A stretch of 57,502 nucleotides of DNA from Patescibacteria group bacterium (GTDB lineage Bacteria > Patescibacteriota > Patescibacteriia > JAGPKW01): assembly GCA_021734125.1 (NCBI GenBank), contig JAIPJN010000002.1, positions 1-57,502 of the forward strand, read 5' to 3'. Below are positions 52,250 through 57,502 of this stretch, in pieces. Numbering within the stretch: position 1 is the stretch's first letter; each line of letters begins with the position of its first letter. The notes beneath the pieces are model-generated. The model was not told the origin of the DNA. It did not search any database and saw only the letters and a list, made by a program, of their open reading frames with translations. Made by a program: the position numbers and the translations under genes.

Positions 52250-54013
52250 ATGGATAATGTTGAAGAAATAAAATTAAAGATAGACATTGTAGATATTATA
52301 GCTGAATATCTAGAATTAAAGAAAGCAGGAATGGGCTCATATAAAGCTTGTTGTCCTTTTCATAATGAAAAAACTCCTTCATTTGTAGTTTCTCAAGACA
52401 AACAAATATTTCATTGTTTTGGTTGTGGTAAAGGTGGAGACGCTTTTACGTTTATACAAGAAATTGAAGGAATAGATTTTAAAGAAGCTTTAAAAATTTT
52501 AGCACAAAAAGCTGGAGTAGAATTAAAAACCAATAACTATACAAAAAAAGAACAAAGTAAAAGAGAAAAAATATTAGAAATATTAAATTTATCATCTAAA
52601 TATTATCAAAAATTATTAACACTAAAACAAGGTGAAAATGCTTTAGAGTATATAAAAAATAGGGGATTAAAAAACGAAACAATAAAAAAGTTTAAAATTG
52701 GATATTCTCCAAATAATTGGGACAATCTTTACAGATTTCTAAAAAATAAAGGATATCAAGATATGGATTTAGTTTTATCTGGAATGGTAATTAAAAAAGA
52801 TAATGGAGGATATTATGATAGATTTAGGAATAGAGTTATGTTTCCAATATCAGATCTGTATGGAAATGTTGTTGCATTTACTGCAAGAACTTTAGAAAAA
52901 GACTCAAAACAAGCAAAATATATTAATTCTCCACAAACTGAAATTTATGATAAAAGTTCTATTCTTTTTGGATTAGATATAGCAAAATCAAAAATAAAAC
53001 AAAAAGATTTTGTAATTATTGTTGAAGGACAAATGGATCTTATAACAGCAGTAGAATTTGGAACAGAAAATATAATAGCTAGTTCTGGGACAGCACTAAC
53101 AGAAAAACAAATAAAAATATTAAAAAGATATATTAAAAATTTACATTTTTGTTTTGATAAAGATAAGGCAGGTGAAAATGCAACGGAAAGAGCTATAGAA
53201 ATAGCTCTCAAAGAAGATATGAATATTAATATAATATCTCTTGAAGAAAAATATAAAGATCCTGATGAATGTATAAGAAAAGATAAAAATTCTTGGGAAG
53301 AATCAATAAAAAATTCAAAACCCTATATAGATTTTTATTTTGAAAAATTAATAGAAGAAACAAAAAATAAAGATATAAAAATTATTAAAGAAAAATTACA
53401 AAAATTTCTTTATAAAATAAATAAATTAAATTCAGAGATAGAAAAGGATTTATGGATAAAAAAAATAATGAAACATTTTATGTTTCCTCAAAATACAATA
53501 AAAGAAGAGTTAGAAAAGATAAAAAGTAATGAACAAAATAATTATACACCACAAAAAAAAGATGAAATTAAGCCAAAAAACAAATATGAATTATCAGAAT
53601 TAGTAATTTCTATTTTTATAAATAAAAAAGAGACAATAAAAATATTAGAAAAAATAAATTTAAATATTTTAATAAATAAAAAACTAATAAATATTGCAGA
53701 AAGTATACTCAAATGGTACAATACTGATGTAAAATCTAATATTACTGAATTTCTTATAAATGAAGGATTCGAAAAGAATTATATTAGTTATTTAGCAATA
53801 CTTAGTGAGAAAGAAATTTCTGACTCAAAGTTTGATTATAATAAAGAAATACAAAAATATATTTCTAAATTATATAAAGATCTTATAAATAAACAAATAA
53901 ATTTACTAAAAAATAAAATAAAAGAAGCTGAAAATAAAGCAAATAAAAAAGAACTCCAAGAATTAGAGGGGGTATTAATTAAAAAAATTCAACAACTTTC
54001 AAAAATAAAATAA
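52250..54013 (+). CDS. dnaG: DNA primase
   Basis: Zinc-binding [14 protein letters not shown]...[30 protein letters not shown] 52250 is preferred to the non-ATG start at 52214. Confidence 0.9.
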   Translation: MDNVEEIKLKIDIVDIIAEYLELKKAGMGSYKACCPFHNEKTPSFVVSQDKQIFHCFGCGKGGDAFTFIQEIEGIDFKEALKILAQKAGVELKTNNYTKKEQSKREKILEILNLSSKYYQKLLTLKQGENALEYIKNRGLKNETIKKFKIGYSPNNWDNLYRFLKNKGYQDMDLVLSGMVIKKDNGGYYDRFRNRVMFPISDLYGNVVAFTARTLEKDSKQAKYINSPQTEIYDKSSILFGLDIAKSKIKQKDFVIIVEGQMDLITAVEFGTENIIASSGTALTEKQIKILKRYIKNLHFCFDKDKAGENATERAIEIALKEDMNINIISLEEKYKDPDECIRKDKNSWEESIKNSKPYIDFYFEKLIEETKNKDIKIIKEKLQKFLYKINKLNSEIEKDLWIKKIMKHFMFPQNTIKEELEKIKSNEQNNYTPQKKDEIKPKNKYELSELVISIFINKKETIKILEKINLNILINKKLINIAESILKWYNTDVKSNITEFLINEGFEKNYISYLAILSEKEISDSKFDYNKEIQKYISKLYKDLINKQINLLKNKIKEAENKANKKELQELEGVLIKKIQQLSKIK

Positions 54014-55161
54014 TGTCAAATCAAATAAATTTAAAATCTATTTCTTCAGAGAATCCTTATTGGGATATAGAAGTTATTAATAAACTTATACAAAGAGGTA
54101 AATCTAGAGGCTTCATAACTGAAGACGAAATTTTATATTCTATAAAAAATATAGAAGAATGTGTTTTAGAATATGAAATATTTTTAGAAAATTTAGAAAG
54201 CTTAGGAATAGAAGTATTAGAAACAAAAGAATCAATGTTACTTTCTAAGAAAGAAAGAACTAAAAAAGAAGATTTAGAAAAAACTCCAAAAAAGAAAGGT
54301 AGAAAATCTTTGCTTGAAAAAGCAGAGCTTATATCTTCTGACTCTATACAAATGTATTTAAAAGAAATAGGAAATGTAGATCTTTTAACTTTTCAGGAAG
54401 AAATAGCACTTGCTAAAAGAAAAGATAAAGGAGAAAGATTGGCAAAACAAAAATTAATAGAAGCAAATTTAAGATTAGTAGTATCTATTGCTAAAAAATT
54501 TACAGGAAGAAAATTATCTTTACTTGATTTAATACAAGAAGGTAATGTTGGGCTTTTTAGAGCCGTAGAAAAATTTGATTATAGAAGAGGATATAAATTT
54601 TCTACATATGCAACATGGTGGATTAGACAAGCTATAACTAGAGCATTAGCAGATCAATCAAGAACTATTAGAATACCAGTTCATATGGTTGAAACTATAA
54701 ATAAATTTCAACAAAAACAAAGATTATTACTTCAAGAATTAGGAAGAGAGCCAGCACCAGAAGAAATAGCATCAGAAATGGATGAAGATATAAAAAAAAT
54801 AAGACACATAATAGACATTTCTCAAGATACAGTGTCAATAGAAACTTCAGTTGGAAATAAAGGAGATGATAAAGACTCTACTTTAGCGGATTTTATAGAA
54901 GATAAAAAAACAGCTTCTCCAGAAAAAATCATAAAACAAGGATTATTAAAAGATCATGTAAATGAAATTATAGATGAACTTCAACCTAGAGAAAAGAAAA
55001 TATTAGAAATGAGATTTGGTATCATAGATGGAATAACTCATACCCTAGAAGAAGTTGGACAAGAATTTGGTGTAACTAGAGAAAGAATTAGACAAATAGA
55101 AGCAAAAGCTCTAGAAAAAATTAGAAAAAATTTAAAAATAGAAAAATTAAGAGATTATTAA
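54013..55161 (+). CDS. rpoD: RNA polymerase sigma-70 (primary-type) factor
   Basis: Region 2 [40 protein letters not shown], plus regions 3 and 4 ([24 protein letters not shown]). Start overlaps the dnaG stop (TAATG). Confidence 0.93.
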   Translation: MSNQINLKSISSENPYWDIEVINKLIQRGKSRGFITEDEILYSIKNIEECVLEYEIFLENLESLGIEVLETKESMLLSKKERTKKEDLEKTPKKKGRKSLLEKAELISSDSIQMYLKEIGNVDLLTFQEEIALAKRKDKGERLAKQKLIEANLRLVVSIAKKFTGRKLSLLDLIQEGNVGLFRAVEKFDYRRGYKFSTYATWWIRQAITRALADQSRTIRIPVHMVETINKFQQKQRLLLQELGREPAPEEIASEMDEDIKKIRHIIDISQDTVSIETSVGNKGDDKDSTLADFIEDKKTASPEKIIKQGLLKDHVNEIIDELQPREKKILEMRFGIIDGITHTLEEVGQEFGVTRERIRQIEAKALEKIRKNLKIEKLRDY

Positions 55162-55179
55162 AAAATATAAAAAAGGTTT

Positions 55180-56529
55180 ATGAAAATAAAATTTCACGGA
55201 GCTGCCTCATGCGTTACAGGTTCTTGTCATCATATTATTTTAAATTCAGGAAAAGAATATTTAGTAGATTGTGGAATGTTTCAAGGAGGTGAAAGATCTG
55301 AAAGAAAGAATTTAGAAGATTTTACTTTTGATGCTTCTAAAATAGAAGCAGTTTTTTTGACGCATTCTCATATAGACCATAGTGGATTATTACCAAAACT
55401 TTATTTAAAAGGTTTTTCAGGAAAAATATATACAACAGCACCCTCAAAAGACATCTGTTCATTATTATTTAAAGATTCTGCAAATATACAATTATCGCAA
55501 TATTTACAAACTGGTAGATTACCAGCTTATGAAAGAGAAGATGCTGTAGGGTGTATGGATTTATTTGAAGCAGTTAAATATGATACAGAAATAGATTTAG
55601 GTGAAATAAAATTTATATTTAAAGATGCTGGCCATATATTAGGGTCATCTATAGTAGAGATCTTTGCAGAGGGCAAAAAATTGGTTTTTTCAGGAGATCT
55701 TGGAAATTACCCAGTTCCTATAGTTAGGCACCCAAAATTTATAGATGAAGCTGATTATGTTTTTATAGAGACTACATATGGAGGGATTATCCATGAAGAT
55801 TCAAAAAATAGATTGCAAAAATTAAAACAAATTATTTATAATGTATATAATAATAAAAGTACGCTTTTAATACCTTCATTTTCGCTTGAAAGAACTCAAG
55901 AACTATTATTTGAAATAAATCATATGGTAGAAAATGGAGAAATAGCTCCATTTCCAGTATTTTTAGATTCGCCACTTTCAATAAAAATTACAAATGTTTT
56001 TAGGAAATATGAAAGGCTTTATGATAAAGAAACAATGGCTATAATAAAAAGTGGAGATGATATATTTAAATTCGAAGGTTTAAAATTTACAGAAACGGTA
56101 CAAGAATCAAAGAAAATAAATTCTATAAATGGTCCTAAAATAATAATAGCAGGTTCTGGAATGTGTACTGGAGGTAGAATATTAAAACACTTAAAAAGAT
56201 ATGTAGAAGATCCAAATAATTATTTATTATTTATTGGATATCAGGTAGAAGGAACATTAGGAAGGGCTTTATACGAAATGGAAGAAAAAGTTATGATAGA
56301 AGGTTCTTATTACAATAGAAATATACAGGTAAAAGCAATAGGAGGATATTCAGCACATACAGATCAACCTAAAACAATGGCATGGATAAGACATTTTTCT
56401 AAAAGACCTAAAAAAATATTTTTAATTCATGGAGAAAGGCATAAAGCAGAATTTTTACAAAACGCTATAAAAGATGAATTCAACATTGAAAGTTATATAC
56501 CAGAAATAGAAGATGAAATTGAAATATAA
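55180..56529 (+). CDS. MBL-fold beta-CASP ribonuclease (CPSF/RNase J-like)
   Basis: HSHIDHSG metallo-beta-lactamase motif, beta-CASP motifs downstream, C-terminal ...IHGE. Confidence 0.85.
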   Translation: MKIKFHGAASCVTGSCHHIILNSGKEYLVDCGMFQGGERSERKNLEDFTFDASKIEAVFLTHSHIDHSGLLPKLYLKGFSGKIYTTAPSKDICSLLFKDSANIQLSQYLQTGRLPAYEREDAVGCMDLFEAVKYDTEIDLGEIKFIFKDAGHILGSSIVEIFAEGKKLVFSGDLGNYPVPIVRHPKFIDEADYVFIETTYGGIIHEDSKNRLQKLKQIIYNVYNNKSTLLIPSFSLERTQELLFEINHMVENGEIAPFPVFLDSPLSIKITNVFRKYERLYDKETMAIIKSGDDIFKFEGLKFTETVQESKKINSINGPKIIIAGSGMCTGGRILKHLKRYVEDPNNYLLFIGYQVEGTLGRALYEMEEKVMIEGSYYNRNIQVKAIGGYSAHTDQPKTMAWIRHFSKRPKKIFLIHGERHKAEFLQNAIKDEFNIESYIPEIEDEIEI

Positions 56530-56538
56530 TTTATGTAG

Positions 56539-56861
56539 TGGCCAGCCATGGCTGGCCATTTTTTAATTTTGTAATAATAAATTTGATTATGTATTAACCA
56601 ACGATCGTTGGTCCGTACATATGCGCCTCGGCGCGTTCCACCCAAATTATAAAATAAACAATATTTAAATATAATTTATAAAAAAATGCACGTTGGATTA
56701 CGTGCGATTTATAAAATAATATTAATTACAAAAATTATGCATCCGATGAATAAAACAATATTTTTTTAATATAATTTATAAAAAAATGCACGTTGTTGGA
56801 TTACGTGCAATTTTATGATTTATTTTATGATGTAAAATATCAAACTTTAGGAACAGGACGA
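56539..56861. repeat. mosaic repeat cluster (A, CGATCG palindrome, half B, 2x D, half C)
   Basis: tggccagccatggctggcca 56539-56558. accaacgatcgttggt 56597-56612. gcgcctcggcgcgttcc 56623-56639. atgcacgtt..attacgtgc units 100 bp apart. ggaacaggacga 56850-56861 lacks its right arm. Confidence 0.9.
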
Positions 56862-56914
56862 TTTTATCATTCTATTTTTAACTATCAATGTTGGTCGTTT
56901 ATAAAATCAAAATA

Positions 56915-56955
56915 AAAACAGGCAGTGTGTATTTGATTTAACTGCCTGTGGTTTT
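56915..56955. terminator. bidirectional hairpin terminator after the HD-domain gene
   Basis: acaggcagt-N14-actgcctgt flanked by an A-run and a T-run. Confidence 0.7.
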
Positions 56956-57502
56956 TAAAGAGCTTTTTCAAAAATTAAATCACATTTTCTTTTTAATAAA
57001 TCTCTTATGTCTAAAATCTTTTTTTGCCCTGAATCTGGTAAAATATAAAGAAAATCAAGAATAATATCTTCAAAAATAGAATCTCTGCCTTTATTTAATA
57101 TAGCATCATTAGGAAAGTCTAGCATAGTTATTTGAGCTTCCATTTTATCAACTATTTTTATAAAAATATCGGCATCAGATTTTAAAGTTTCATAAGAAAG
57201 AAATATTTCTTCTAATCTACTTCCGCAGTTTATAGGAAAATATCCTAATATTTGATTAACCGCAGATAATTCTCTTTGAAATTTTTCAGTTTCATTATTT
57301 TTATTACCTAAATAAGAACAAAGAATAGTATCTCCTGCAATAATTTCAACATCATCATGATGTATCCATTTTTCTACAATAATAGGGAACAATTCTTTGT
57401 GAATATAAGGTCTCAATAATTCTAAAAAATGTAATCCATTCCAAACATGATCAAAATCAGTTTGCTCAAATGGAAGATTCCAACTATTCCATCTTTTAAC
57501 TG
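56955..57502 (-). CDS. HD-domain hydrolase, YfbR-like 5'-deoxynucleotidase type (5' end outside window)
   Basis: WIHHDDVEIIAGD matches the HD...GD motif. The frame stays open upstream of the ORF-track TTG start to the window edge (...KRWNSWNLPFEQTDFDHVWNGLHF...). Confidence 0.65.
   Translation of the reverse strand, partial: VKRWNSWNLPFEQTDFDHVWNGLHFLELLRPYIHKELFPIIVEKWIHHDDVEIIAGDTILCSYLGNKNNETEKFQRELSAVNQILGYFPINCGSRLEEIFLSYETLKSDADIFIKIVDKMEAQITMLDFPNDAILNKGRDSIFEDIILDFLYILPDSGQKKILDIRDLLKRKCDLIFEKAL

Noticed and set aside
2033-53211. Many 60-140 aa ORFs in the track lie antisense to, or out of frame within, long well-supported genes. Examples: 2033-2218, 2537-2767, 2938-3162, 3287-3706, 6524-6763, 6823-7140, 9677-9970, 10265-10498, 17078-17293, 18479-18712, 20378-20620, 20847-21179, 21741-22044, 22443-22652, 23314-24073, 25331-25579, 26949-27212, 38082-38331, 38981-39163, 40339-40902, 46156-47331, 48264-48598, 49074-50079, 50360-51031, 52945-53211.
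   Set aside because: They are fully nested in genes with clear family motifs. Their translations are L/F/I/Y-rich low-complexity strings typical of AT-rich antisense frames. They have no RBS, promoter or terminator of their own.
1-57502. Alternative genetic code (UGA recoded, as in some CPR lineages)
   Set aside because: Long conserved genes read through intact in the standard code. Moreover, TGA serves as the stop at the expected C-termini of the RelE-like and RadC-like genes.

Overview
This is a very AT-rich, densely coding 57.5-kb bacterial chromosomal segment. Gene content and composition suggest a small-genome Patescibacteria/CPR-like organism, but that is inference only.

Core genes, in order:
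- ndk (partial), a SpoIID-domain surface protein, galU, murI, pyk, an orphan OmpR-type response regulator, truB and a BaiN/YhiN flavoprotein.
- rarA, an SPFH protein, an MscS channel, a type IV pilin-like protein, a two-gene sufC-sufB/D set and xth.
- An ArsR-SdpI pair joined to metK, PIN-PhoH2, an M16 peptidase, a Xer-type recombinase, tig, a Pif1/RecD-like helicase and uppP.
- dnaG-rpoD, a beta-CASP MBL RNase and an HD hydrolase (partial).

There are five tRNA genes (Gly-UCC, His-GUG, Arg-UCU, Thr-CGU, Arg-UCG), all with an encoded CCA.

The stand-out region is 10.8-22.3 kb. A RelE/RHH toxin-antitoxin pair is followed by one tightly packed same-strand string: hsdM - Fic - two overlapping unknown ORFs - hsdS - SMODS nucleotidyltransferase - SLATT 2TM protein - hsdR - alpha/beta hydrolase. 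This is a type I R-M operon in which every subunit junction carries an inserted conflict-type cassette. About 53-bp direct repeats bracket the whole block.

Other accessory-looking content:
- An overlapping pair of a radC-like gene (JAMM histidines lost) and a Swt1-type HEPN gene.
- Monocistronic small-protein genes with near-consensus promoters, AGGAGG ribosome-binding sites and their own terminators.
- A 37-aa glycine-rich peptide gene in front of the M16 peptidase.
- A 1.5-kb gene-free, repeat-dense block.
- Conserved hairpin-repeat trailers behind three tRNAs.
- A mosaic family of GC-rich palindromes filling most long intergenic gaps.

No rRNA, CRISPR array, transposase or phage structural genes were seen.
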